From assembly GCA_963816395.1 (NCBI GenBank), contig CAWFKQ010000013.1, forward strand, positions 1 through 64,000: DNA of 64,000 bases, in the 5' to 3' direction. A program made the translations under genes and the position numbers. This document shows positions 63,697 through 64,000 of the stretch, in pieces (the stretch's first letter is position 1; each line of letters begins with the position of its first letter). This DNA comes from an uncultured delta proteobacterium (GTDB taxonomy: Bacteria; Desulfobacterota; Desulfuromonadia; Desulfuromonadales; JACZKF01). The notes below the pieces were generated by a model, which searched no databases, was not told where the DNA came from, and was given only the letters and a program-made list of their open reading frames with translations.

Positions 63697-64000
63697 ATGC
63701 TCTATTTCGCCTATGCCGACAACATGGATATCGAGACCCTCGGGTCCCGCAACGTGACCTTCGAGAAAGTCTGCACCGGCCGGGTGCGGAAGTTCCGGCT
63801 GGCCTTCCACAAACCCGGGTCCGACGGCACCGGCCGGGCGGATCTGGTGGACGATCATGGGGGGGCGGTGGAAGGGGTGGTATGGGAGGTTCCGGATGAC
63901 AGTCTCGATCGGTTGGATGTCTATGAGGAAGTGGACAAGGGACACTACCGCCGGGTGCCGGTCGTGGTGCAGACATCCCGCGGCGAACTCGATTGCGTCA
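63697..64000 (+). CDS. Gamma-glutamylcyclotransferase (AIG2-like) family protein, partial
   Basis: GAGGAGG RBS; MLYFAYADNM...VEGVVWEV...LDRLDVYE...YRR; runs off the window. Confidence 0.85.
   Translation, partial: MLYFAYADNMDIETLGSRNVTFEKVCTGRVRKFRLAFHKPGSDGTGRADLVDDHGGAVEGVVWEVPDDSLDRLDVYEEVDKGHYRRVPVVVQTSRGELDCV

Overview
GC-rich bacterial chromosomal segment of mostly core and energy-metabolism genes. Gene content and order (gatC-gatA-gatB-mtnA-glnE, pckA, hoxEFUYHW, hyaABCD, DUF4492-cydAB) suggest a Desulfuromonadales/Desulfobacterota organism (inference). There is no rRNA, tRNA, CRISPR array, prophage or transposase. About 20 genes, including the normally essential gatCAB, carry 1-4 single-base frameshifts, best explained as assembly indel errors. 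Things the ORF track misses: (1) an 86-aa AhpD/CMD-like selenoprotein with CPDU and a SECIS hairpin 11 nt after the UGA; (2) a 30-aa CydX/CydS-like membrane peptide after cydB and a 34-aa RCKP rubredoxin-like peptide before cydA; (3) a SAM-I riboswitch; (4) at least 12 intergenic arrays of 7-9-nt tandem units, mostly as inverted arms, including one in every spacer of the gat operon with a different unit each time; (5) a ~180-bp repeat in three copies. Also notable: a JAMM/JAB-DinG helicase fusion, a Zn-ribbon-archease-RtcB RNA repair operon, a hydrogenase small subunit with Asp replacing a proximal Cys, and a FixL-like heme-PAS phosphorelay.
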